Origin: Mobula hypostoma
Lineage: Eukaryota
Length of the DNA stretch: 64,000 nt
Assembly (NCBI RefSeq): GCF_963921235.1
Contig: NC_086097.1
Location: forward strand, 219,792,001 to 219,856,000
Direction: 5' to 3'
The notes below the pieces were generated by a model. The model saw only the letters and a program-made list of their open reading frames with translations. It searched no databases and was not told the DNA's origin. The position numbers and the translations under genes were made by a program. Position 1 is the first letter of the stretch. Each line of letters starts with the position of its first letter. Below, piece by piece: positions 1-13,530 of the stretch.

Positions 1-258
1 TGGGCATTGAACTGAATGAAATCAGAAACAAGAGTTCAACTTCTGAGTTGAAACTGAAACAAAATAACTTTTAGATTTGAAATCACCAAACAAATTGGTA
101 CAATAAATTGGTGAAGTTGGTGAAGTTGCTGAGGTCAAGAGGGTTGAGAGTTTCAGGTTCCGAAGGGTGCACATCACCGATAGCCTGCCTTGGTTCAACA
201 ACAAAGATGGCATGGCCAAGAAAGCCCAATACTGTACTTCCTCATGAAGACAAAGAAC

Positions 259-672
259 CGGTGATGCCTACACCGAAGAAGTTTAGATCCTCTCTTCGAC
301 GGGAGTTCAGTGAAACCATCTCTCACTGCTCCCCATCTGTAATTTCTTCGGCTCTTCAACTTTTCGACCACACTTTGACTCAGACTCGCTATCACAGCCA
401 TATATCCTTTCTTGGAACGTGCCTCCTATCACCTGTCCAGCTCTTGGCTCCATCCCTCCCCCTCCTGTCTTCTCCTATCATTTTGGATCTCCCCCTCCCC
501 CTCCAACTTTCAAATCCCTTACTCACTCTTCCTTCAGTTAGTCCTGACAAAGGGTCTCGGCCTGAAACGTCGACTATACCTCTTCCTAGAGATGCTGCTT
601 GGCCTGCTGCAACTTTGATGTGTGTTGCTTGAATTTCCAGCATCTGCAGAATTCCTGTTGTTTGCATTTTTA
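259..672 (+). mobile_element. Internally deleted Penelope-like element (ORF N-terminal piece joined to 3' pseudo-LTR with hammerhead motif)
   Basis: 7-bp TSD AAAGAAC at 252-258 and 673-679. RYHSHISFLGTCL resembles a PLE N-terminus. It is followed by a pyrimidine-rich tract, a hammerhead motif and the GATGCTGC...TTCCAGCATCTGCAGA tail shared with many copies in the window. Confidence 0.7.
539..576 (+). ncRNA. Minimal type I hammerhead ribozyme motif (degenerate, G8A)
   Basis: TAGTC-CTGACAA-AGG(GTCTCGG)CCT-GAAAC-GTC-GACTA: helix I TAGTC/GACTA, core CUGANGA with one change, helix II, GAAA, palindromic helix III and a GUC site. Confidence 0.7.
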
Positions 673-1759
673 AAAGAACTTTCTTGTCCTCTTTGACCCT
701 CACCAACTTTATCAATGCACCACAGAAACCATACAATCCGGGTGCATCATGGCTTCGTACGGCCACTGCTCAGCCCGTGACGGCAAGCGAGTGTAGAAAG
801 TTGTAGACGGAGATCAGCACATCACGGAAGCAAACCTCCCCTCCATGAATTGAGTCTAAACTTCTCACTACGTCAGTAAAACAATCAATATAATGAAAGA
901 CCCTACCCACCCGAGACATTCTGTCTTTTCCTGCCTCCCATTGGACAGAATATACAAATGTCTAAAAGCCTGTACCAGCAGGCTCAAGGACAGCTTCTGC
1001 CCTGCTGTTATTAAGATAATTGAATGGTCCCCAAGTACAATAAGATAAACTCTTGACTGCACAATCTACCTTGCTACGACTTTATACAGTTCATCTGACT
1101 GTCGTGCACTTTCTCTGTAACTGTAACACTTTATTTTGCACTGTTGTTTTACCTTGTACTACTACAGTGCACTGTTGTAATGAACTGGCCTGCATGAATA
1201 TCATGCAATTTACAGCAGGGCTAATGTACATTAATTCATATTAATAAATGTTAATTTCAGTATGTCTTATTAAACAATTAGTAACATTTGATCTAATGAG
1301 AAGCTTGAAATTAGCTTGAAAATTACAAGGGAATTTGCTGTGTTTTGCACAATTTGAGATCATGTTGAATCTCCCTATTGGAATTAATTGAGCCTATATT
1401 ATCAAAAATACCATTACCTAGAATGTATAATGCAGAAATATATATTTCTGTTCAATTGGTTTACGATTCAGCTCATGCACCACATAAGTCTTTTCCCAAT
1501 CTGTTTACCTCTTTCACATATTCCTTTTTATAGTTTATACACAATTGGCTTTGAACAATAATTGTTACTTTCAGGTTATCACCTTTTTAAGGAATATTTC
1601 ATGTGACTAATTAAATACTTTGTTTTGCTGTAACAGTGTGAAGAGAATTTACAGAGGCAATTTGTGGGAGCTTATAATAAACTATGCAGGCCTGCTTTGA
1701 TACCTTTTGTATCTCATATTTCAGTCTGTACACTTTTCTGTTACACTTTGGTGGTTAAA

Positions 1760-3700
1760 TTGGTAAATTGCTTAATTGTTATCACATGTACTGAGGTACA
1801 GTAGAAAACTTGACTTGCAGTCTGTTCATTCAACAGTGTACAATTACATACTGTCAATTCATTACAACAGTGCGCTGAGGTCGTACGTGGAAAAACAACA
1901 GTGCAGAATGAAGTATTACAGTTACAGAGAAGGCATTGCAGGTAGAGAATAAGGTGCAAGATCATCACAAAAGTAGATTGAGGTCTATCTTATCATACTA
2001 GGGAACCATACAATAGTCTATTGGGATAGAACCTGTCCTTGAACCTGGAGGTAAGTGCATTGATTCTGTATATTTTTTGCCCAATAAGAGGGAAGAGAAG
2101 AAAGAATGATTGGGTGAGTGGGGTCTTTGATTATGCTGGTTTCTTTGCTGAGGCAGAGAGAAGTGTAAGCAGAGTCTATTGAGGAGGCTGGTTTCCAAGG
2201 TGTACTGAGTTGTGTCCACAACTCTCAAGTGTATTTTTGCGGTCACAAGCAGAGCAGTTGCCATACCTACCTGCATCATCTGGAGAGGATGCTTTCTATA
2301 GTGCATTAATAAAGATCAATGAGGGGGTCAAAGGGAACATCCTACATTTCTTTAGCCACCTGAGGAAATTGAATTAAATTGAATTAACTTTATTACTTAC
2401 ATCCTTCATATACATGAGGAGTAAAAATTACGTTACGTCTCTGTCTAAATGTGCAATGTGCAATTTATAATAGATAGTATGTACAACAGGATAGTCAATA
2501 TATAGAAATACAGTAGCATCAGTGTGAGCTAATCAGTCTGATGGCCTGGTGGAAGAAGCTGTCCCGGAGCCTGTTAGCCCTGGTTTTTATGCTGCGGTAC
2601 CATTTCTCCTATGATAGCAGATGGAACAGTTTGTGGTTGAGGTGGCTCGGGTCCCCAATGATCCTTTGGGCCCTTTTCTCCCACTTATCTTTGTAAATGT
2701 CCTGAATAGTGGGAAGTTCACATCTACAGATGCGCTGGGTTGTCCACACCACTCTCTGCGATAGAGGTGCTGGTGAGCTTTCTTTGTAGTGGCGTCAATA
2801 TGGTTGGACCAGCACAGGCTATGGTGATGTTCACTCCAAGTAACCTGAAACTCTTGACCCTCTTGACTTCTGCACCATTGATGTAGACAGGATGACCCCC
2901 TTCCTGAAGTCCTGAAGATCCTTTGCTGAGATAGAGATAAAGGAAAAGGTTCTTGTTTTTATACAATGCCACCAGGCTATTTCCTTCCTGTACCCTTTCT
3001 CATTTAAGATATGGCCCGCTATGATGGTATTGTCTGCAAACTTGTAGATGGAGTTAGAGCAGAACCTGGCCATGCAGTTGTGAATGCATAGGAAGTATAG
3101 CAGGGGGCTAAGGCCACGTTCTTGTGGATTGTGGTCTGCTTTTTCAGGCAGTCAAGGATCTGGAGGTCTTAAGTTCCGGAACTGGGTATTCGGAGATGAG
3201 TTTGCTTGGAATTATTTATCAAAGATGGACTATAATCAATAAACAGTGATTTAACATAGGTGTCTTTACTGTCCATATGCTCCAGAGATGAGTGTAGGGC
3301 CAAGAAGATGACACACCTGCTTGTAGGTTTGTTTCAGCAGGAGGCAAGTTGCAGTGGGTCAAGATTTTCTGGGAGGTTGGAGTTAAAGTGTGCCATGACC
3401 AGTCACTCAAAGTACTGCATGACTGTGGATGTCAGAGCATTCAGCTCGCAGTCATAAAGGCATTACTTTGTTTTTCTTAGTTACCAGGATAATAGTGGTC
3501 TTCTTAAAGCAAATGGGAACCATAGACTGAAGTAGGGGGAGTTTTAAAAATGTCTGCAAATATCCCCCCCCAGCTGAACTGCACAGGATCTAAGGACATG
3601 GTCAAGACCCATCCAGGCCAGATGCTTTCCGTGAGTTTACTCTCTGGAAGGCAGATCTTACATCCACAATGTAAGATCTCACCGAGCACACATACATTTA
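1760..3700 (-). mobile_element. Decayed Rex1/Babar LINE RT/3' region with a second Rex1-like 3' fragment nested at about 2368-2760
   Basis: ORF pieces IYKFADNT, INGAEVKRVKSFRLLGVNIT and SIIKDPTHP. The nested piece carries its own (TTCAA)-like tail at about 2366-2388. Confidence 0.75.
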
Positions 3701-6009
3701 ATAAGGAGGCATTCCATAGCTAGCGGAGTAAAGGTTCATAACCAACTTTCACATAGCTTTACATCATTACGTTAGTTTGCACTTTGTCTCTGAAATGATG
3801 ATGGCTTTGAGATCACTGAAGAGACAGACGTGTTTCCAACAAGATATCCCAGCTTTCCAAAGAATCTTCAAAGGCTAATCATTAAATGCGTTATACTGTG
3901 TGAGAATGAAGAGCAGGATTAACTGTCAGAAATGGTGCTGAAGGGCAGCAATTGTGCTGAACACTTCTGCGAATCAGGTGAAGGATCGCCAAGGGCTTTT
4001 TGCTATCCGTTCCATCCTGCTGGGTGGGTGGATGCCAGGTGAAGGTGAGGCCTGAGGATCCTCTGCATGATGGAGCAGCTTGTCAACTGAGGTTCACGGG
4101 TGAAGGATAGACACTTGTACTGGGAGCAGCTGCTGTGAACCATACACTAGCAAACGTCTCCAGGGTAGAACAGGAGAAATTGTAGGTGCTAGTAATTGGT
4201 ACCAGGGCTGACAAATGCAATACAGCATATTTCATTTTTGTCATTAGTACTTGTGCCATTACTACAATTCTCACAAAAGCTTAGAATGTCAATGGAGGTA
4301 AATGCTGTTTTGAAAACTTACTGACATTGCCCAGAGATTATTTTAAGATACAGTATAATGTGAAGAATGTTCAATAATGTTAGTTTTCCTGTCTATTTAG
4401 TCTGGAGAATGTGTATATTATTTTTAACAGAAAAGGGCATTTATAGTGGATTCGTACTGATTTCATATTGACAATACTCATTTGTGCTAGAAATTTATTA
4501 CAGGATTCGAAAATTGGAAATAAGTGAATAATATGAATTTAAACATGTAATTAATCTATTTAGGAAGATTCTATGCCCAATAACCAGGCATGTTTTGAAT
4601 CATTGTGTCTTCTCTAGAAGTTTTAAAATATGACTTTTATGGAGTCATAACTGAACCTGATTCCTCCATGATCAAGAAGCTGCCTCCTTTGCTGAACCAT
4701 TTGAAATGAAATTTAATAGCATTTCTTGCTGCTTAGGGATTAAGGCCATAGCCTGAAACTTACACAACCAGAAATAAGTGGAGACAGGACTTCCACCTGC
4801 CATTATGGCGTGAGGGTGATTCTCACGTATATTGTAGGTTCAGAAATGAGAAAGTAACAAGAGTGGTACAGTGAACTAGAAAGTAGCTGAAGAAGAGGTG
4901 CAGCATTGAGAAATAAAATCAGCTTCTCCTTGAATACAGAGATACAGAGCTTAATGATAAGCTGTTTGAGAAAGGGTCTGCAAACGATCAGCTCGATAGA
5001 AAGCATATTATTGAAGAAGGCGGTCAAGACATTTCAATGAACTCCTTGATTGCTCAATGGTGCTGTCGAACAGTGAATGAAATTTAAAAAATTGCAGCTG
5101 CTAGAAATCTGAAATAAAAATAGAAAAGGTGAAGTCTCAGCAGGTTAGGCAGCTTCTTTACAAAGAGAAGCAGGTAATGTTTCAGCTCCTGGACCCTTTG
5201 TCAGAAATGGGAAAGAGAGAAAACCAAGTTAATTTTCAATAGCTATGAAAGTGATGGAGAGATGGGTTGACAGGGTGAGAATAAGCAAAATCTGCTTGCC
5301 CAAACCTTGCAGTCCTTTTCTTTGTGTGGCATCAGTTATTTTCAGAATGGCTAGAGAACAAGCTGTGAAACTAAGACCTCCTATTCCTTTGGACTCAAAT
5401 CTTTGTGGTTCTAATATTAAAAGATGAATATTGGATCCAGATAATACAAGTCCTTTAAAATCATCTTGGAAAGTCTGAGGCAGTTGGTAAGGTTCATTCC
5501 TGAGTCAATAGCAATATCTAAAAATTCAACACAATGCACTGCTATCTGAAGAGTATGGTATTACTATCACTAACTGTACTTGTTCTCAAAAAGACGGATT
5601 GCCAGTTAATTTGATAGGATGCTTTGACCATTAGCTTTGAGGATGCAGGATCTTTTCAAAAAGTTTTGGATAAAATTCAAAGAGCCTTTGGACTCCAGGA
5701 TCTAGCTATTAACACCAGGTTTCCCTCTGCTGATCAGTGGATGTGGCACTTCTGCTGGCCCAGTTATTGGATTCTTGTCACAACTCATCTATCATTTTCA
5801 GGAGCTTAATGGCTGACTCAGAAATAGTGGACTCACACTGGTTGTTCCCATCACAACAAGTTATATCTTCACTAGAATTATCTGCAAGAGAGGCAAGGTC
5901 TCATAATCTACAACAAGCATGTAAGAAATCCATGTCAAAGAAATATTCTTAAATAGCATCTTAAAGTTAGTATACAGGCATAAACAATGGTTAATCAATT
6001 TACCAACCC

Positions 6010-7480
6010 AGACACAGGAGCAGAATTAGGCCAGTCAGACCATGAAATTAGGTCATTTCACCCTCATTCTTCTAAACTCCAGTGAGTTCAGGTCTAGAGC
6101 CATCAAATGCCCTACATTCATTAACCTTTTCATTCCCGGAATCATTCTCATAAACCTCTTCCAATGCCAATGAGCAGAAAACTGTTCATAATACTCCAAC
6201 AGTGGCCTGCCCAATGCCTTATAAAGCCCCAGCATTACATCCAAGTCCACTCGAAGTGAATGATAACATTGAATTTGCCTTCCTTACCACTGACTCAGCT
6301 TGAAAGTTAACTTAGGAGCCTTGCACAAGGACTCCCACGTCCCTTTGCAGCTCTGATTCTGAATCTTTTCCTCATTTAGAAAACAGTCTATGCCTTTATT
6401 CCTTCTACCAAATGCATGACCATGCACTTCCCAACAGTATATTTCATCTGCCACTTCTTTGCCCATTCTCCTAATCTGTCTAAGTCCTTCTGCAGACTCC
6501 CTGCTTCTTCAACACTACCTGTCCCTCCACCTACCTTTGTATCATTTGCAAACTTTGCCACAAAGCCAACAATTCTATCATCCAAATTATTGACGTAACC
6601 ATGAAATGCCAGCAGTCCCAACACTGACCACTGTAGAACAACACTAGTCACCAGCAGCCAACCAGAAAAGGCCCCCTATATTCCCAGTCTTCACCTCCTC
6701 TCGGTCAGCTAATTGTCCATCCATGCTAGTCTTTTTCCAATGATATTAGGGTCTCTTATCTTGTTAAGCAGCCTCATGTGAGGCACCTTATTAAAGGTTT
6801 TCTGAAAATTCATGTAAACAATATCCACTTACTCTCCTTTGTCTATCTTGCCTGTTATTTAGCAACATAGAAAATCTACAGCATATTACAGGCCATTCGA
6901 CCCACAATGTTGTGCTGACCATGTAACCTACTCTAGAAGCTGCCTAGAACGGCCCTACTGCATAACCCTCTAAGCTCTATGTACTCTCTTGAAAGACCCT
7001 AAAGACCACCTCTACCACCTTCGCTGGCAGTGCATTCCATGCACCCAAAGCTCTCAGTGTGAAAAACTTACCTGTGACATCCCCTTTGTACCTACTTCCA
7101 AGCACCTTAAAACTATGCCCTCTCGTGTTAGCCATTTCAGCCCTAGGAAAAAGAATTTCCTCAGAGAACTCCAACAGATTTGACTTTGGCCTATTTTATC
7201 ATGCCTTCGGGTACCCCAAGTAGACTCCAACATCTTCCCAATCAGTGAAGTCAAACTAACTAGCCCATAATTTCTTTTGCTTTCATCCCTTCTTAATGAG
7301 TAGAGTGAGTTTTGCAATTTTCAAGTCTTCTGGAACCCTTTCAGAATCTAGTGATTCTTGAAAGATAACTACTAATGCCTCCACAGTCTCTTCAGCCACC
7401 TCTTTCATAACCCCGGGCTTTAGTCCATCTGGTCCATGAGAACTACCTACATTCTGACCTTTCAGCTTCCCAAGCACCTT
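6010..7480 (-). mobile_element. Decayed CR1 LINE RT fragment with a different CR1 3' end nested at about 6861-7153
   Basis: ORFs with GPDGLKPGVMKE, VSLTSLIGKMLES, AKFANDTK...LQKDLDRLGEWAKKWQM and LYKALGRPLLEY. The nested piece encodes NTRGHSFKV...FFT...WNALP. Confidence 0.85.
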
Positions 7481-7519
7481 CATATTTCATCTTTTTGCTC
7501 TTTATTGCTTTTTTTGCTT

Positions 7520-7890
7520 GGGTAGTGGGTAGTGGCTCCATATGTCACTACTACAGGGCGTGACGACCCTGCCTTACACGAGTCCCGGGCTCAACTGGCT
7601 CCGGCTGATAGTACCCGGTATGGGCCCCTATCCAGGGTTACAGATCCCACTGCCTTGTGAGTATCTTTGGGAGAAGAGAAGGCTAAGGAGTAACCCTACA
7701 CAAATCTGGAGTGGAGTCCCTGAGGCAGTTGGATGACGTATCATGTCACCTCCCGGCAACTACTGCAGCCAAGTTGATGCCAAATGTACTGCTTCCCATT
7801 CCTTTGGACCACATCCGCGAGGCCGAGAAGGGGATCTTGATGTCTGGGCAGCCCAGGATCTCCACATTTATCGCCCAGGTCTGCACCCCA
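7520..7890 (+). mobile_element. RTE-LINE 5'-UTR-derived element
   Basis: GGAGTAACCCTACACAAATCTGGAGTGGAGTCCCTGAGGCAG...CTCCACA...GCCCAGG block. It is similar to the reverse complement of 38060-38300 and typical of vertebrate RTE 5' UTRs. Confidence 0.5.
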
Positions 7891-9222
7891 AAATGGGTGC
7901 ATACATTGTCTACTTAGACAGAATGAGCCATTAATTAATAATTTTTTTTTTCAGGAGAATCCAGAGGAAACCTATATAGTTACAAATTCCTAACTTGACT
8001 ATATTATGTTCGTGCAATTACAATATATGCATCACATTTATTCTGGTTTTATTTTTAGAGTAGCACTTGCAGGAAATTACTTTGCTCACTGGCAAACTTA
8101 CTTAAAACAAAGTGCAACTGTGTATGTATTGATCCATATTATATTCTGGGCATGTGTTGTGTAATGGACATCTCTGTTTATGGAGGGTTCAACAGCAGAG
8201 GCTCTGTTCATTTGTACTGTAATACACTCATTCTCTCATGTGCACTTCCATGCACATTTCCCCACCCATACATTTGAATATGCATCCTGATTCATGGTTT
8301 CTTTAATGACTGGTTTCATATATGCAGAAGTTATGGTACAGCTTTCTTCATTACAAAAAAAAGAGTTTGCAGTTATAAAGTTAATCTTTTTTTAGCTCTG
8401 TTACAATTGCAATTCAGACCAATAAATGATTACTGTAATACTTCAAGCTGTTTTATGATTTATGGAGTAAGTGGCATGTAATCAGAACAGGATTAGGATA
8501 CCACAAAAATTGTGGGCTGAAATAATATTTTATGTTATGCAAGAGATTCTGAATTCTCCTGTGATTCACTGTTAGAATGTAATATACCATATCTATACCA
8601 CAGAGGCCTGTGCTGCCTTAATCAGAAATCTTATATTCTGTAGGAAAAAGATCCACTGCTGAAGAAGCTGCATCAGAGTCTTGAACCAAAGCATCTTCTA
8701 TGCCTCAGTCTCCACATATGATGTCTGACCCATTGAGTTCCTTAGGCAGAATCAGTTTTCACTCCAGATTCCAGCATCTGTATTCTCTTGTGACTCCACC
8801 TAATGTTTGATGTCTTTTTTTCACCATTTTTCATCATTATCTGAAAGGTGCAGCAAAAAAAAAAGATACAACGGCAATGAAAGAAGTTAAAAGATCACAT
8901 CACAAATACTAACGTGTCAGAGATCAGGGCTTTAATTTATTCCTAATGCAGGGTCTTGCCCTGAAATGTCAACTGTTTACTCATTTACAGCAATGTTGCC
9001 AGGCCTGCTGAGTTCCTCCTGCATTCTGTGTGTATTGTTTTGGATTTCCAGCATCTGCAGACGCTCTCATTTTTGTAATTTATTCTTCCTGGCTTGGAAA
9101 ACATACATATAGTTTACTGTATATTTTTATATATATATATATGTGTTCACTTGAATCTCTCTGGAAGATTACTCCTTTCCCCAACTTGCCCCTGGCTCCC
9201 CATTTATCTACAATGTTACATA

Positions 9223-9751
9223 CACTCAGTGCCCCTGTATTAGGTACCTCCTGTACTTAAGAAATTGACCACTGAGAGTATATTCATAGTCTTCTGCTGC
9301 TGTAGCCCATCCACTTCGAGGTTCAATGCGTTGTACATTCAGAGATGATCTTCTGCAGACCACTGTTGTAACATGAGGTTATTTGAGTTCCTGTTGCCTT
9401 CCTGTCAGCATGAACCAGTCTGGCCATTCTCCTCTGACCTTTCACATTAACGAGCCATTTACAACATAGAATTGCTGCTCACTCACAATCTCTTTAAACT
9501 CTCAAGAATGATGTGCATGAAAACCCTGGGAAATCAGCAGCTTCTGAGATTCTCAAACTACCCATCTGCCACCGATAGCCATTCCATGATCAGAGTTACT
9601 TATATCATATTTCTTCCCTATTCTGATGTTTGGTCTGAACAAGAACTGAGCATCTTGACTACTTTTATGCATTGAGTTGCTGCCACGTAATTGACTGCAT
9701 TGCAGTAATGAGCAGGTGCACAGGTGTACCTAAAAAAGTGGTCACTGAGTA
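9223..9751. mobile_element. Non-autonomous Tc1-like DNA transposon (MITE)
   Basis: TA at 9221-9222 and 9752-9753. Imperfect TIRs of about 30 bp: CACTCAGTGCCCCTGTATTAGGTAC versus GTACCTAAAAAAGTGGTCACTGAGTA. Confidence 0.75.
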
Positions 9752-9799
9752 TATGTTAAGTATGTTGCAATTGTATCTGGTTTAGTTAAACTCTGCAAT

Positions 9800-10164
9800 G
9801 TTCAGAATCAGGTTTAATATTGTTGGCAGATGTTATGAAGTTTATTGTCTTTACTGCAGCAGTACAATGTAATACATAATAATAGAGAAAAAACTGTGAT
9901 ATGCAGTAAGTGTGTGTATATGTATATATAATTGTTAAATAATTAGTGTAAAACCAAAAACTGAAAAACAATAGTGAGGTAGTGTTCATGGGTGCAGTAT
10001 CCACTCAGAAATCAGATGACAGTGGGGAAGAAGCTATTCCTGAATCATTGAGTATGTGTCTTCAGGCTTCTGTACCTTCTTCCTGATGGTAGCAATGAGA
10101 AGAGGGCATGTGCTGGGTGATGGGAGTCCTTAATGATGGATGCTGCCTTTTTGAGGCATCACTC
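9800..10164 (-). mobile_element. Rex1/Babar LINE 3' end (host of the CR1 at 10165-11610; resumes briefly at 11611)
   Basis: Reverse strand reads SIIKDSHHPAHALFSLLPSGRRYRSLKTHTQ*FRNSFF, followed by a CTGATTCTGA tail. Confidence 0.8.
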
Positions 10165-11610
10165 ATAGAAACATAGAAAATAGGTGCAGAAGTAGGCCAT
10201 TCGGCCCTTCGAGCCTGCACCGCCATTCAGTATGATCATGGCTGATCATCCAACTCAGAACCTTGTACCTGCCTTCTCTCCATACCCCCTGATCCCTTTA
10301 GCCACAAGGGCCATATCTAACTTTAAATATAGCCAATGAACTGGCCTCAACTATTTCCTGTGGCAGAGAATTCCACAGATTCACCATTCTCTGTGTGAAG
10401 AAGTTTTTCCTCATCTCGGTCCTAAAAGGCTTCCCCTTTATCCTCAAACTGTGACCCCTTGTTCTGGAGTTCCCTAACATCGGGAACAATCTTCCTACAT
10501 CTAGCCTGTCCAATCCCTTTAGAATTTTATATGTTTCAATAAGATCCCCCCTTAATCTTCTAAATTCCTGAGAGTATAAGCCCAGTCGATCCAGTCTTTC
10601 ATCATATGAAAGTCCTGCCATCCCAGGAATCAGTCTGGTGAACCTTCTTTGTACTCTCTCTATGGCAAGAATGTCTTTCCTCAGATTAGGGGACCAAAAC
10701 TGCACACAATACTCCAGGTGTGGTCTCACCAAGGCCTTGTACAACTGCAGTAGTACCTCCCTGCTCCTGTACTCGAATCCTCTTGCTATGAATGCCAGCA
10801 TACCATTTGCCTTTTTCACCGCCTGCTGTACCTGCATGCCCACTTTCAATGACTGGTGTACAATGACACCTAGGTCTTGTTGCACCTCCCCTTTTCCTAA
10901 TCAGCCACCATTCAGATAATAATCTGTTTTCCTGTTCTTGCCACCAAAGTGGATAACCTTACATTTATCTACATTAAATTGCATCTGCCATGAATTTGCC
11001 CACTCACCTAACCTATCCAAGTCACCCTGCATCCTCTTAGCATCCTCCTCACAGCTAACACTGCCGCCCAGCTTCGTGTCATCCGCAAACTTGGAGATGC
11101 TGCATTTAATTCCCTTGTCTAAGTCATTAATATATATTGTAAACAACTGGGGTCCCAGCACTGAGCCTTGCGATACCCCACTAGTCACTGTCTGCCATTC
11201 TGAAAAGGTCCCGTTTATTCCCACTCTTTGCTTCCTGTCTGCCAAACAATTCTCTATCCACATCAATACCATACCCCCAATACCATGTGCTTTAAGTTTG
11301 CACACTAATTTCCTGTGTGGGACCTTGTCTAAAGCCTTTTGAAAATCCAGACATACCACATCCACTGGTTCTCCCCTATCCACTCTACTAGGTACATCCC
11401 CAAAAAATTCTATGAGGTTCGTCAGACATGATTTTCCTTTCACATATCCATGCTGACTTTGTCCGATGATTTCACCGCTTTCCAAATGTGCTGTTATCAC
11501 ATTTTTGACAACTGACTCTAGCATTTTCCCCACCACCGATGTCAGCCTAACCAGTCTATAATTCCCCAGTTTCTCTCTCCCTCCTTTTTTAAAAAGCGGG
11601 GTTACTATCT
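10165..11610 (-). mobile_element. Relatively young 5'-truncated CR1 LINE (RT domain and 3' UTR)
   Basis: ORFs 10901-11614 (LDFQKALDKV, SQGSVLGP, KFADDTK) and 10298-10885 differ by a frameshift. (TTCTATGT)-type tail. 6-bp TSD TCACTC at 10159-10164 and 11611-11616. Confidence 0.92.
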
Positions 11611-12719
11611 TCACTCCTTGAAGATACTACCACATAATAGTGATCTTGAACCTCCAGTCAAAATACCCCAGCAAGTACACCCCCTCCACTTTAAACAAAA
11701 GCATCTGACAATGGAATGCAGCACTGTGATGGAAGCCTGGTACAAAGCCTTGCCTTTGCTGCTGTTCTCCCTGCAGTGAATTATTTGTGACTCAATGTGG
11801 CTTCATGTGAAGGTTAATGCTGGGCTTGGTTGCTCAGTACTGATACAGGGGCTTCGGATCACACCTTACCGGTACAATGAGTGCAGGCTGTTGTTGGGAC
11901 AGTAGCCACTCAGTGTATTAGCAGACCATCTGATCTTACTGTCTCTCTCGTTGGATGTGATTGAAGCTGCTGCCTTCTCCTCTCTTCATTTGGTTTTATA
12001 TTTCTATTCAATACAGAGATTTTCTTTGGGAACGTTGTTGACACAAATCTCCAGCAATGGTCCCTGATGCTCACAGGTTGTCTCTCCACGTCAACCATGG
12101 TGTTATTTATTCTGGGCCAGTGCTGCAGCTTTTGGAGCTCTTACCATACACCCCAGTCACTCAAGTTCAATCCTGAGCTCTGAGGGATTTGTGGTGTTTA
12201 TGGAAATGATGACTACATAGATTTCCTCTGGGTTTGCCAATCTTATCTCAAGGGTCGTTAAATTAATTAACCATTATGAATTGCCCGTAGAGTGTCAGTG
12301 ATTGTAAAATCCAGAGACATTGATGGGAATGTGAAAAGAATAAAGTGGGATTCCGATTAGCGTGCGATTACAGTAAATTAATGCTTAATGGTCAGCATGG
12401 ATTTGATGGCTCAAAAAAACTTGTTTCGATGTTCTCTAAGCCCGCTCTCTATCTATAATGACTCTTTTTAGCTGTCATCCTATTGACATTCTTGCCCCTG
12501 GGAACACATCCTGTCTGTTAGGTGAAAAATCAAAACAAAATCAGTTAAAACCACATGGTATTAAACAACTTAAGATCACAGGATAGCTGGAACAATTTTG
12601 CCCCATCGTAAATCCTCCAGCCTCATCAACTCTTCACAGCATGCAATTGTTTCATAAATGATCTGAAGATTTTGAGCTCCACTATATCTGTAAGTGCACT
12701 CTTTCACAATCTTTTTGAT

Positions 12720-13039
12720 ATTGATAAGAGGCATAGATCGAATGGACAGCCCTAGACTTTTTTCCAGGGTGGAGATGGCTAACAGAAGAGGGCATAATTT
12801 TAAAGTCATATGGAGGAAAGTATAGGAGGGTTTCCAGAGGTATGTATTTTACAGAGTGTGGTGAGTGTGTTGAACATCCATCTGGGGTGGTGGTGGAGGC
12901 AGATACATTAGAGGCACTGAAGAAATCCAGAGATAGGCATATGGATGATATAAAATAGAGGGCTATGTAGGAGAGAAGGATTAGATTGATCTTAGGGTAG
13001 GTTAAAAGGCTGAAGGGCCTGTACCGCTGTATGTTCTAC
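12720..13039 (+). mobile_element. CR1 LINE 3' fragment
   Basis: RGIDRMDS.RLFSRVEMANRRGHNFKV homology, ending in GAAGGGCCTGTA...TGTTCTA. Confidence 0.8.
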
Positions 13040-13530
13040 GAAACATAGAAACATAGAAAACCTACAGCACAATACAGGCCCTTCAGCCCACAAAGCTGTG
13101 CTGAACATGTCCCCACCTTAGAAATTACCTAGGGTTACCCATAGCCTTCTATTTTTCTAAGCTCCACGTACCTATCCAGGAGTCTCTTAAAAGACCCTGT
13201 CGTTTCCGCCTCTATCACCGCTGCCAGCAACCCATTCCACACACTCACCACTCTCTGTGTAAAAAAACTTACCCCTGACATCTCCTCTGTACCTATTTCC
13301 AAGCACCTTAAAACTGTGCTCTCTTGTGCTAGCCATTTCAGCCCTGGGAAAAAGCCTCTGACTGTCCACACAATCAATGCCTCTCATCATCTTGTACACC
13401 TCTGTCAGGTCACCTCTCATCCCCCGTTGCTCCAAGGAGAAAAGGCCGAGTTCACTCAACCTATTCTAATAAGGTATGCTCCCCAAACCAGGCAACATCC
13501 TTGTAAATCTCCTCTGCACCCTTTCTATAT
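13040..13530 (-). mobile_element. CR1 LINE 3' fragment, tail-to-tail with the previous copy
   Basis: ORFs LGLFSLEQRGMRGDLTEVYKMMRG and FFTQRVVSVWNGL. Tail GAAACATAGAAACATAGAA at 13040. Confidence 0.85.

Larger units (their letters stand above)
100..1200 (+). mobile_element. Decayed Rex1/Babar-type LINE 3' fragment, interrupted at 259-672 by a Penelope-like insert
   Basis: Frameshifted homology to AEVKRVESFRFLGVHIT...KKAxQxLYFL, and to KDPTHP...LPxGR...TSRLKDSF at 900-1010. Confidence 0.7.

Noticed and set aside
108..632. 174-aa ORF
   Set aside because: Chimera of Rex1 and Penelope fragments plus low-complexity CT-rich sequence.
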